Source: Ascidiella aspersa
Taxonomy: Eukaryota
Length of the DNA stretch: 64,000 nucleotides
Reading direction: 5' to 3'
NCBI GenBank assembly: GCA_963924565.1
Contig: OZ004613.1
Span: 7,068,001 to 7,132,000 of the forward strand
Shown: piece by piece, positions 42,603-55,300 of the stretch
How positions within the stretch are numbered: position 1 is the first letter of the stretch
How the letters are laid out: every line of letters begins with the position of its first letter
Translations under genes and position numbers: made by a program
Notes under the pieces: generated by a model
Seen by the model: the letters and a program-made list of their open reading frames with translations, nothing else
The model's database searches: none
Told to the model about the DNA's origin: nothing

Positions 42603-43304
42603 ACAGCCAGTCGCCACAGGAATAGTCAAACAGAGGCGGTCGAGGTATTGTCGAATAGGATACTCTCAATTAAGGCGAGACAATAGCTTCTGAATCACGG
42701 AAAACGTACTTCGGGCGGTGCCCACGTTTCTGCATCGGGAACGGGTTTGATTACTCCCTTTCGGCTTGTGTAGGGCCACGCGCTCCACAATAGGGGCAAC
42801 AAGAGGTTAGAATAACTTACACGGAACAAGGCGACTTGCTATCACCCGATATGGCCGGCGCGCGATGCGTTTGTGCGCTGGAAAACAACAAGACCCTTGG
42901 AGTCCTAACGTTTGCGATTTCTCGAAAGCAACTGGTTTGGTTTCGATTTGATGGACGAACGAAATAAGATACTTCAATGAGCCGTTAATCAATAAACCGG
43001 ATGACGTGTGTATCTGATCATCAAACCTTGATTTTAAACGATGATGTATCAATAGCTATGTGCAGTTATGTAATGGCTTAAGTCAACTATAAAGTCAATT
43101 ACTTTACTTAAGTACACAATTTTCACTATTTTTAAAGACTTTCTGAGACTAAAAACAGAAATGCAATATAAAACGTAAATTCCATAAACAAAAACAGAAA
43201 AACGTGTCTATATGGATTGTCTCAATAACTGCAGACAGTGGTTAATCGTGATTGAAAAGCAATTACGCAATGCTTAACCCGTGCGGCAGAGCGATGGCCG
43301 ATCG
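42603..43304. promoter_or_regulatory. Putative bidirectional promoter between CSL and the 3-TM gene
   Basis: A partly CpG-rich interval of ~700 bp between two divergently oriented putative first coding exons. Confidence 0.5.
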
Positions 43305-46300
43305 ATGCTATATCGCACTTCAGAAAGCCTATTGTTTACACAGCCGTCGGATGGAGTGTCGGTGTTGCCCTTAACTGAATCACGGTAAGCATAGAACGTG
43401 TCAAGCAGTATACACTGTGTCTGTGTCCGTTTTGCTTAGTCAAGTACTAGAATGAACTGTATAAATGCCACAAAGGTGATGTGTTTGACGCTATAGGCAT
43501 TTTATCCGATATCAATAACCAATATTGTGGACAAAATTATCTTAATCAAATTCGATGTGAAATGATGTCATTATTATGCTCAAACAAGCAAAATATATGG
43601 AGTTTAAATGTTTAAAGGCATTTTTAAGGTTGTGTGCTTCAGTGTTAAGAAGCTTAGCTAACTTCGGTTGTTCTTACTATTTTTTTATAAATCTATGTTT
43701 TCAAGGTAGAATCGTTGCGTTGAAGCAAAAATCATAGCCGTAATGCCCATGTCATTTTGGTATCGGATCGGCACAGATATCACCTTAATATGAGTTCCGA
43801 TTCTACCGCTTGGCATTGGGTATGGTATCCAATCCGAGATCATTGGACTAGCATAAGTCAAGAATTTTCAGCAGCGCATTCAGGTATATTCTGCAAGGAA
43901 TGACATATGTCTAAAAGCGGAAATGTAAAAGGTGCTTGCAGATATCGGCATATATTCAGTGCGGCGTTCAAAACTATTGGAATTGTAAATTTGTATTTGA
44001 CCTACAATAGGTTACAGTCCGGATCCTATGCTAATCAATATTATTTAAGTAGATTATTTTCAGTGGTACTAATTCATATCAATCGCAACAACAAATATCT
44101 AACACGCCAGGAGATCTAAGGTTGCTTCATTTTTCGTTTTGAGTCGAATCGCTAGCTAAGGGTAATTCACTTATCGGTTGTAACTCTTTATTCAACGGGA
44201 CAAACTTTAAACTCAATGTCCAAGGAGCTGTTCTTTTTAACATAAATGCGAATCAGGTGTTTCAATCTACTGAGTGAAAGACAGTTATGTTATTTTGTTC
44301 AGAAAGATAGAGAACGATTTACACGGTGTAAAACAGGACCAGAGTAAGCTGATGTCATTCAATAGTAGTACGATCTGACATAGCTTACGTAGCCACCCTG
44401 CGGTGAATTAATCAAGTTGAACACTTTTAATTCTTAAAACCTGTTTAATGCGTTTGGCGAAATTAGTGACTAAATATTCAGTTAATACGCCAAACAAAAA
44501 ATGTAACTTATAAACACCAAACAGGTCCTTTATTTTAGGTTTTAGATTGTACAGGTGTTACCTTCAATGCAAAAGTTACAGCAAAGGTATAGATTCGCGC
44601 ATAGTGCAAAACGACTTTGTATTGTTATATCAAACTTAATAAAAAAAAGTTAACCTTTTATTTCCATTATTTCATGCGATAAGATGCACGACGCCTTTGG
44701 GGCTAATAAGCCATCCTAGAAGCAAAATGGGATTCAAAAAAAGTTTGCATTTACTCTTAAAATAGGAAAAAATACAGTGTGGGGGAAGGCATGACCAAAT
44801 AGCCCTCTGTGGTTTAAAAGGTTCTGAATATGATTTTATACTACCGTTATGCATCTTTCACTGACTATATGTCTCAAATGTCAAATCGTTTTACAGCAGT
44901 TGCAATATCATTTGTCCAATCCTGAAGCTATGGAAAATAGCAGCAAGTCAAAAAAGTGAATGAGGTCTCCACACGGGATACGTGCTGAAAAAGCTGAATA
45001 CGGCGAATGCAGGAAACTTGCACTGGAGCTTGATTAAGTGACATGTCGTCCGACACTGTATAGCGCGAATAACGGAAATGCAGTTGAGGGCTCAGTTGGG
45101 CAGGCAGGGTCATGCTGGAGGACGTTCAACTGCTGTAGCCTACTGCGCATTCAGCCACGAGTATAGTCAAAAGCCACCACGACAGAAATTATGTTGGTTT
45201 GTTAGTGTATAGCAGTGTTTCGCAACCTTTTTTTTTAGATTGCAGGACCCTACAGAAATTAGAAATAGTTCGCGGCACCCTTGATCGTATTTTTGCTGAG
45301 TGGTTAACTGTAACGTTACAATAAACGAGATTAAAACAGCACATTAACTGTGCAACAATGTTGAAAAACTTTAATTTTTTACACCTTTAACGTACACAGA
45401 AAATTGTATCAAGAAGCTTACCAATAGAGCAAAAAATTGGATCGTAAATAAGTTAAAATATCTCTCGGCACCCTTAAACGTTAAAAATGGCGGCCCAGAG
45501 TGCCGCGGCGCACCAGTTGAGAACCACTGGCGTATAGCATTATAAATGACAACGAAATGTCATTGAATGGCTAAATTTCGCTCGCAAGTTATCCATTTTA
45601 TTTTACCCATCGAATTGTTACCAGTAAAGTGGCTATGTTAAAATAAGCTTATAACTCCGGCATGCTTTGCGAAAAACGGTTTAGCGACCTGAATATGGAA
45701 ACCAGATGACACGTTTAATATGTAACAATAAAAAGTGTTTAATTTAACTGTAACTGTTGTATCTATACAGCAATGTACATACTGTACAGGCTGTTGCATG
45801 AATTTGGGTTATGTAATTAAAAAGACTATATGTCGAACAAGAAACCCCGTTAAAACAGGAAATGCGTCAGTTTATTTTTAAATGCGCGAACCCTGTATTG
45901 CTAATGTCTTCTGAAAATAGGACGGATTTCGATGTTTATCTGTCGGAAAAGAGAACGAAACATAATAAGGAAATCGTTGCATGGTTTATGATTTAAATTA
46001 AATTATTTTTTATCCATTTACAAGGGAAGCTTTAGCCACATAAGCAAGGCATTTCTTCAAATGTATTTTTAAACGTACATCCTTCTCATTTTTAGAAATT
46101 GAAAAAGGAAAGAGGCTATTTTAGAACCACTAATGCATCTTCAAAACATGGTTATAAAATGACCTTGTCGCTTTTCAAAGTGGTCTTGTTACGCATATAC
46201 GTTAAACTGCTAGCCCAGACAGTGTGGTTAAGTATAGGTGTGTTGCAATCGTTTGCAAACAATAAGCGCCCGCCAGTTGATATAGGACAAAGTGCAAGGA

Positions 46301-49300
46301 CCAAATTGCAGCTCGTTATGCATATCTAACATGAAGAGACTTGGTATGGCTGCTTTTCTGTGATGTATGGTTTATATTGGGTCGATATAGCGTTTTGTGC
46401 AATGTAATTAACTCTGGCAAGAATATTAAAGCCCATACAAACGTAAAGATGTTGAAAATGAATAAAGAGTTATTCAAAACGTTCAAAATGACACCTACTG
46501 CTGTATGGGGTTTGATATTCTTGCTACGTCTTACGACAACCTCCAACCATTATGCCCTAAAATTAGCGGTTGGTTTGACATTTTTTTCTGATTTATAAAG
46601 GATTTAAGTCTTCGAACGTGCAGCAGAATGTACTGAAAGTTCAGGAAACAATTAAATAGGATCTTAAACGGGTACAAATAGCCCTAGCTGCTGTTTAGCC
46701 TAATTTGCATCAACTGAGATTCAAGATTTGGTTTCATTCAAATTGTTACCGCTGAAGGTACTATTTCGGGGACTCCTCATATATAGCTTATGGCCTACAT
46801 AGACTACAAGCTAATAGCTTCAGTAAAAGCGCAACAGTACAATTTCCTTTTTCGTTTCAGGTGGAAGACAATTGTGGCTAGTTGTCCATTAGTAAGTATA
46901 GAGTTGTATTGAAAGGAAAACTTTTATGTGTTGCTACCTCCCAACAATCGCCCTGTAGTCTTAATCACGACAGGAAATAGTTTGACGAATACGTTGCTCG
47001 ATTGCAGCGCCGAACAAATGTGCGATTGTGTGTGCTGTGAGGGTATTGTAGCCTAATAGGCAGGCTCTGTCAAAGAAAACAAATTGCCTGTGATCAAACC
47101 TGAAGCGTACTACAGCTCTAATGAAACCAGAAAAAGAGAAAAAGGTGATTTTAAATAACCTGTGGTTTCAGAAAACAGTTCCTATTGCCATTTACTTAGA
47201 ATACCCCGAAAATCTAAGACCAGAAGTGAAGGTAAAACAAACTATGGCAGAAGTTGGCGTTTTTGTTTTAATGAGCCAAAGTTGTTTCCGGTTTTAGGTA
47301 TCTAGGTTTATAAACGTGGTTTGGATTCAGCTGTTTTTTGGCCGGCCCAAACCCAATAAACCTGTTTTTTAAAACCCAGCTGAAATTAGTTGCGAGCCGT
47401 TTTTTTGTATAAAGCAGTGATTCTTAACTGGGGTGCTTAGCACACTGTGGTGCCAATTTTCAAGCTAAGGGTTGCCTAAATGCATTTTAGATTAGATTCG
47501 GATTCCAATTTGATTTGAGTATAGTTCTTGATTTAATTGATTGTGTTAGTGCAATAAATCAAAAACAAATTTCCCTCATTTTGTCCAGTAGATGTGGGCT
47601 GTTTTTTTTATATTAAGCATCACAGTAAAACTTCTGAGCGAAATGCTAATAAAAGGAGGGTACAACCATTTCATTTTTGTCTGTAGGGTACCTTTCGCCT
47701 AAAAGTTGGAAAACCACTATTGTACCTTAAGTGCTAGCCTCACAAAAAATCTCAACTTAGTATGTTTGGCAAAGCAAAGATTCATTTACGTAATGGAAAA
47801 GTCAAGCGCACGCCCAGCAAAAGTAAACCGCGAGTCGTCTCAGTCAATAACAAACCTCAGCAAGTCATTTAGGCAAGTTTACGCTTGTGCTGAATGTAGT
47901 TGAACAGACCTCTCAGTAGGGCTGATTAATGAATAACTCGCGACGGCTTGCTGCCTGTGCTGAGGTTGTTGTTATAGGGCGCCTGGCAAAAATGTGGGGC
48001 GGTTACAACGCACCGTTAGACGCCAATGCTAATTCGCGCGGGCCTAACTTTAGTTTCAAAGGCCATTACTGTAGTTTCGGGACATTTTTTTACTTTGGCC
48101 AATTAAGTCAGTGTTTTAAATAACTAGACTTGAGTGTTTTGAAAAAGACTTATGGTAGACTTAAGTCCATAAGTCAGATTTGGGCTGAAATTTAGTGTTT
48201 TGATTGAATATTATTTTATAAAGTGGGTATTTTTTACTGAAGTAAATAAAACGTAGTCTCATGACAATATTTTACTTTTGGCACTTATGTTTGGAGACTT
48301 TTGGAAAAAAGACTTACGTCAAAATACTTAAGACTGAAATTTAGTAGCTATTTGCATTAAATATTGCTTTATACATCGGGCTTCTTCATCTTAAATTTTG
48401 AACGTAAAAAATTTGTTTCTATATGTTGCGTTTTTGTATGTTTTTAGTTGAGTGAATACCCATTATTGAACGAGTTGATAATGTTCTTTTAAGTTTCAGT
48501 ATTATGTCACAGACTTGCATTGGAGTTGACTTGCTCCTATGATGACTTGCGATCTGTTAAAATTACTGGACGTGTACTTAAGAGTGTTTTTTAATAACTT
48601 TTTTGAAACATGGAAAATAAGAAGCCAAATTGATTGATGTAAAATGTAACGGAATTTTTTCAGCGGTAATATGAGGTAGCCAGTTTTCTGTCAGTTTACG
48701 TCAGTTTTCGGTATTGAGGCTTTCGCATAATTAGATTTTCTAATGCGTATTGATCAGGCGCCTTAATCGACTGAGCATAAGCCCCCAAAATGAAAAAAAT
48801 ATAGGTTCGTATAATGATACACATAGTAAAATATATTTTTCGTGATAAATCGCCTAAAGCTTAGTGCTGTATACAACAGACTATGTTTTAGTCGACGTTA
48901 GTTAACAATGATTTAAATTTTTTACAGGCAGAATGATCCTAAATTTGCCTGCGCAGCTGTTTAGCCATTTTTGGGGCCACATCAAGAGTTCAGTTTACAG
49001 ATATTACAGTAATTGAAGAGCAATTTCTGTAACTTCTATGATAATGATTAAATAGAAAAACTTTATAGTTCAGAGGTATCCATATAAATGAGCTAAAAAA
49101 GCTTCAACGCAACAAAAAAACATTTTTACCGAAAAGTAATTACGGATTTTTCTAGACAAGAGATTCATTTTCTACAAATTGACTTGTCACCGAAACAAGG
49201 CTCGTTTTCAGTCACGCCGGTTTTGTTACGTCACGAATGAACGAGTGTTGCCTTTGTTACGTCACGAATGAGCGCATTGTTGCCGAAACCGCTGACGAAC

Positions 49301-52300
49301 GACTAGCTCAGTCAATTTTAACCGCTCTTAACAGCCTACAGTCAGCATCACGATCAACGTGACATGGCACTATGGCAGTATACAAGCTGCTGTCGCATAA
49401 TCTTGGCGCAGTATTAAGTGTGTCCTAAAGGCAGACTTGTGGTTTCGAGAATTTTAAGTTCAGTTGGTTATCAAGGACGATACAAAACATTGACAGTGGA
49501 AATACCGATTTTTTAGAGTTTTCTCGATAACAAAGTTGCGGGTATTTCCTACCTGGCAGTTGGTGACTGAATATTTTGTTAAACTTTGAAACAAAAATTC
49601 CACGTGTCTTAAGCTACAGCTGGCGAATTTGTTATGAGGATTTTTTCATTCGTTAAACATATGTGACGTATTTCGTTGTGAAGATATTTTTGTATAACTC
49701 GTTACGAGGACTTTTATGTTGTATCTAGGTATGATAAGTTTTTTTCATTCGCTATAACAAGATTAGGTCAGGGCAGTTCTATAATGCCAGCACTTGGGAC
49801 CACAATATTTTAGCGCGATTTGTTTAGCGGGCTGCACACTATATAATTTAAGCTGTCGTCCTAAAATTTGTTTAAAACTTATTGTTTTAAACATTTTGAA
49901 CATATGTATTTTGGTTTGGCATTGTTGTTACGCCAACAATGTATCAAGCCTAATGGTACGCAAATGAAAAAAAAAATTGGCGGAACTATAATAAAAACAA
50001 CTTTTAGCGGGATAAATCAAATGATGTCGGGGATCAATTTGTACCACTCTGATTTCGATTTTAGAATAGAATGAAAACATGCGATAGATTACATACCTAC
50101 GTGCGATTAACCCATGTTTATATCAGCCAAGACCTTAAGTTAGGTTTCAAAAGCATTAAGTATAGGAAAGTTTGACGCAAGGCAGAAGTGACTGGCCAAT
50201 AAATAGCCAGGAACCAGTGGACCGAATCGAAGAGAGAGAGAAAGAGAGAAAAAGAGAGTTCGGGCGGTTTTTTAAGCTAGTTGTTTACTTCTAGACTTTA
50301 CCCGGCAATTCTTGGGGTTTCAGTGTAAAGTGGACAAGGCTTTTATTTGTTCAGGCAACTAACAGGCCGCGATTTTTAAGGGTTCCCAGAGACAAGGAAT
50401 TGCACTTCAGCTGACAAAGGGGGCTCCTTATTGCTTGGCTGGACGCGGTTCAATTTCAAGGGTTTCTGATGGCCTATTCTTCTGGGCTTTGTACTTAACT
50501 GCTGGCAGCATTCATTGTGTGGGTTTCAAAGTGCAGCTGTGTTCGGTTCGCGTAAACGATCAAGTGAAATTGGTGCTGGTTGAAAAGGGAATAGTGAAAT
50601 TAGTGTTAGAAGGTCCTGTTCAGGCTTTGTTCCCTTGATAAATAGCTTTTACAACAAACTATAAGGTTTAAAACACGCTTAACTCGCTACGATTATGAAT
50701 TGTTACGGTTGATGTGGTATGTATAGCCACGCGTGGAGATTTGAAAATAGTTTTACGGTTAGATAAATCACTTAGTCGGGCTACACGATCAGTACCAGCA
50801 TAATGCTCTAGCGAAGCTAGCAATACAGGCCAGACACTATTAAAATAAGGTATTCTGCTGAAGTGTAAAACAGATTAGTTAAAACATGTAGGAGAAAGTT
50901 GTGGAAATCGCGTTTTTAACACCCGTACTAAATGTTAAACAGCAGTGTTTCTGACACCACGTTGGCCTTCTACGTGTTACCTCAATAAATTCAATCGCAT
51001 TTCCCAAACTCTTACTTATGTGTGCTAACTTTTCGTGTGGAATACATTTTTCGAAGTGGGCATATAGACGTAAAGGAGTTTTCGATAACGCTACGGGGTT
51101 GCTTTTTAAAATGCCGTGTAAACCAATCCTTAAACACACGTGTTTCATTTTTTTTTCTTATCTGCTCCATTTATGACTTGACTAGGTTAAATAAAACTAA
51201 GTGTAAACACAATTTTCTTGCTATTATTTGTGCTGTTTTGGTTAAGTTATTATTCATAATCGGATCAGTTTACCAATTTTAATAGTTGGGACTTGACATG
51301 TAATTTATTTAAAAAAAACCTGACTGGGACCAAGTCATTTCAAAATGGTTTGTTTACAACACTGGTTAAATTTGCTAAAGCGCCTTGCTTAATACAAGTC
51401 CCTATGAGTATATGAGTTCACAATTGCCAGTTATGTGGAGTGACGTTCCTCGAATTAAACGCGGTAAAGCGAAATCTGCAGGTCACGTTGTTGTTTTAAT
51501 GCGCGTCAAGCATGGCGCCATTAACTCGTAAAAAGGCTAATTAACCAGTTGAACGCAGACTGTTTCAGCCCGTGTCTTTACCCGCAGAATATCATTGTCA
51601 TAACTTAGGACTATGTACTAAAGACAAATATACTGTAGTTATTGCAATGATTGTTAAGAAAGTCTATCAAAGGGTCTACTCTACGCAGTATAACATTTTA
51701 CCTTATTCATCTAAGACTGCCAGGTTAATGTTGTTTTTTGCAGTTACAGTAACTTTTGAGCCAGGCGAAAAACTTGTTAATTACTTTTAGGCAGTGTTTT
51801 GTTGCAAATGCAAAGTGTTGTGCACGAGTCATGTTGAAATGACTCAATTCCCAGTCAAACCCACATGTCTTATCTAAATCATTTTCAATATTTTCAACAA
51901 ATAACAAGTAAAGTCCCAATCCGAGTCATTGTCATCAAAATAAATTTGTAAAATTTATAAAATTAGTAAACTCGTCCAGTAACAAACATCTAAAACAGAC
52001 TTTCTTAACCTGGGGTAAATTTACCCCTGGGGGTAAATTTCCTCGTTTTAGGGGGTAAATCCAAGGATATGTATTCAAACTTTGAATATTCGAATACTGT
52101 TTTCTTTAACTAACCTATGTGAAACGGCTTCTCTGCATTGCCTAATACTATCAAATCTAAAACCGACTTAACATGTTGACTTTGATATTCGTTGTGCATA
52201 ATTTACTGCTTTACCAGACATTGAACAACTCGTTGCCACAATAACAAGGGCAGCTGTCGCGCTGAATATAACTGATGTAATTTTTTACTTTCGTTTTTTT

Positions 52301-55300
52301 AATAAATTAGGACCACTTTATATATTAGAGTAAATTTAATATTCATTTTTGTTAAGAGGGTAAAACATACAAAAAAGGTTAAGAACCCCTGATCTAAAAT
52401 GTAACGTTATGATAGTAATAGACAACACTAAAAATTCAAGAAACCGTTCGTATTTCAAAGGGCGAATTTGTATGCTTTTAGATTAAAAATAACCCGAGCC
52501 CCGAAAAAACGGCACGTAAAGCGGAACTGGATTCAAAAAGTTTTTAAAAGGCCGTTTGGCATTGTCAATTTTTTGCATTCGCTGTTTTTCCAGCAGTACT
52601 TTTACACAATACGGTCACAAAACCTGTGAGATCACCAAGGCAAGTTTAGTTCACTGCTAGCGACTTACAAAACGAGTCACGTTTCGTAATGTCGTGATTA
52701 AACGTGCTGTTTATCATTCATGCGGTACCACTGTTTTCTATTTTTGCTGTGTGCTCACAATGGCCCGTATTGTGACGCAAAACAAAACAATTGTGACGTT
52801 GTACAAAATTAAGTGGCGACGTTAAGTTAGGGCTTGAAAGGTACAGCTAACTGATAGCCTATAAAGTTAAAACTAATGTTTTTCAGCTTAAGGAAAGTGT
52901 GTTATTTAGCTTTGAAGCTCATAGTTATAACTTTCATCGTAATCATGTTTTTCATAGCTCTAGAACTCCTTTTTACCGGAAAATTGGCAAAAAATATTGT
53001 ATTTCTTTTGAACTGGCTTTTAAACTGGATAAATTGTCTAGGGTGTGTTAAAAACTGTAAAAACGCAATCCAGCCTCTTGTAAGCGATTATGCAGCAACT
53101 AATTTGAGATTTATGTTTTATATTTATATTTTGTTATACACCTAAATAATGAACAACTAAAAGTATGCGTCGTATTTAACCTCCATAATTAGAAATGTTT
53201 TAGTCGCGGGTTAATGTAAAGTTTTAAATTAGAATGTGACGACAATCGTTTTATTATCTACTTTATTATCGGTGGGGAAATAAATAGTACAGTAGTTACG
53301 AACGCCAGATTCGAATTTTTGTTAAACTATCTTTTACAGAACATTTATTTCGTTTAACTTTAAAATAAAGATGAATTACTTTTGAAGGGTTAATTAATTT
53401 CAGGAGTAGGCTAAATAATGAGATATGGTAATGAACAAAAGACTACCAACTTCGTGAATTAAACAGCGTATTACAAACTTAATAAATATATATCGCGTTC
53501 TAGGTACGACTGTTACGGAAGGCTGTGCTTTATTAGTTGTAAAAACAATTGTTGTGTTTTTAACTTCGTTAAAGGAGAAAAATGCGAGTTTTTTTCGTAT
53601 CGTTAATGTAAATCAATAAATCAAACGGTGATAAGAACTCTTAAGACAATATTTGTTAAGTCAAATAGGGACTGTAACTACAGGTTGTGTCTGTTTAAAT
53701 GTGCAACAACAATATTGTGCTTTTGGCGTCGTTATAAGACAAAAAATATTGTGTTCACAGGGCCAATGTAGGTAACTTTGTAGCTGTTTGTAGCAAAGGG
53801 TGGTTGAAGGAACACTTTGAAATCATTTGAATGACGCACCTGTGTGCCACAAGCCTACCCTGCAAGCATATTTGTCAGTTCATCGGAACGCCACTGAACC
53901 TAATCAAACTTATCCAGATTGTAAGTAAAAGGCGATTTTAGCCAATATCAATTTGGCTGGACAGATTCTATTTTGTATGCTTTTTGAATTAGGGTGTTCA
54001 TGGATCTCCTTAAGCCAGTTCACGTACCCCAAATGGGTACATGGCCCACAGTTTAAGAACTCCTGGTTTACAGGCATAACTTTGTCTTGAAGTCGTACTG
54101 ATAATAAACTACCCCCACGATAAATACATGAGAAATACTCACCCTTCAAACCAGGGCTGGGGAGCCGGAGCCGGAGCTGGAGCCCGGAGCTCGGAGCTAA
54201 GCATTTTCTCTGGAGCCAGAGCCGGAGCCGGAGCCATTGTTATTATTTTTGTGGAGCTGGAGCCGGAGCCGGAGCCATTTTTATTATTTTTGTGGAGCTG
54301 GAGCCGGAGCCGGAGCCCTTTTTATTATTTTTGTGGAGCTGGAGCCATTTTTCAATTTGTGGTGCTAAAGCTAAGAAATTATATTTTGTTCCATCTCCAA
54401 TGTTAGTTAGCCAAAAGCAATTTGTAAAACTTGCCATTGAATAAGTGACTGGTGGCACCGGAGCTGGAGCCGGAGTCATTGGGTGTGTGTTTGATGGCTC
54501 CGGAGCTGGAGCCGGAGCCAAAGGATATGAGTTTTACTACTCCGGAGCTGGAGCCGGAGCCAAAGGATTATGTTTTACGACTCCGGAGCTGGAGCCGGAG
54601 CTAATGCAATTTTGCGGTGGCTCCCCAGCCCTGCTTCAAACAGACGGCACCTGCTGAAGGACTAGAGGCAGTCGCTAATTACTTTCTTATCGTTTTGTTG
54701 CTCGCGTTTATTTCTGTTTTTTTTTCTTTTTTTCCTTTCCATTTATTGTACGAGCGTTCAGTGTCAATCACCCTGACGAAGGCGGCTTGTATAGGTTGCC
54801 GAAACGTTGGTTAACAATTACAATTACCAGAGAAGCTGTTTTTGATTTATATTACCATGCCTGGTAGCAACAGTTTATATAAGTCGTCACTATTATAATC
54901 CCAACATCCGAATTGTTAATCCTTCGCTCCAGATTATCATCTTGATCGATATTTGCTCTTAGTCCGAACTGTGTTTTATTCCGTCGTTATTGTTGTTCGT
55001 ATATTGGTCTTATGTTTTGGAGCCCGCTTTTGAACGAATTAACAATAAACTATATACCCTGACACATAAAAAAACTCACCCTTTATAAAGTAGTCATTAA
55101 ACAATCCTAACATCCTAATTGTACCTCCTTTATTCCAGATCTTCATCCTGATCGACCTGATCGCCACCGAGTCAGTCTTCCTCTTCCTAAACTCGATTCA
55201 GGTCGACTGGAGGACCGGAGGATTCCTGAGCTTCGACCTCCAGAGAGTGATCCTCTGTCTCACGCTCCTGACAACCTCCGCAAGCCTCGGAGTCTCGTGG

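Noticed and set aside
50435-50638. Possible additional exon of the 3-TM gene
   Set aside because: It has no compatible splice sites, and the flanking exons already join in frame.
54128-54657. ORFs rich in GAGAGA, PAPAP and EPEP
   Set aside because: They are translations of the GGAGCC hexamer array inside a MITE.
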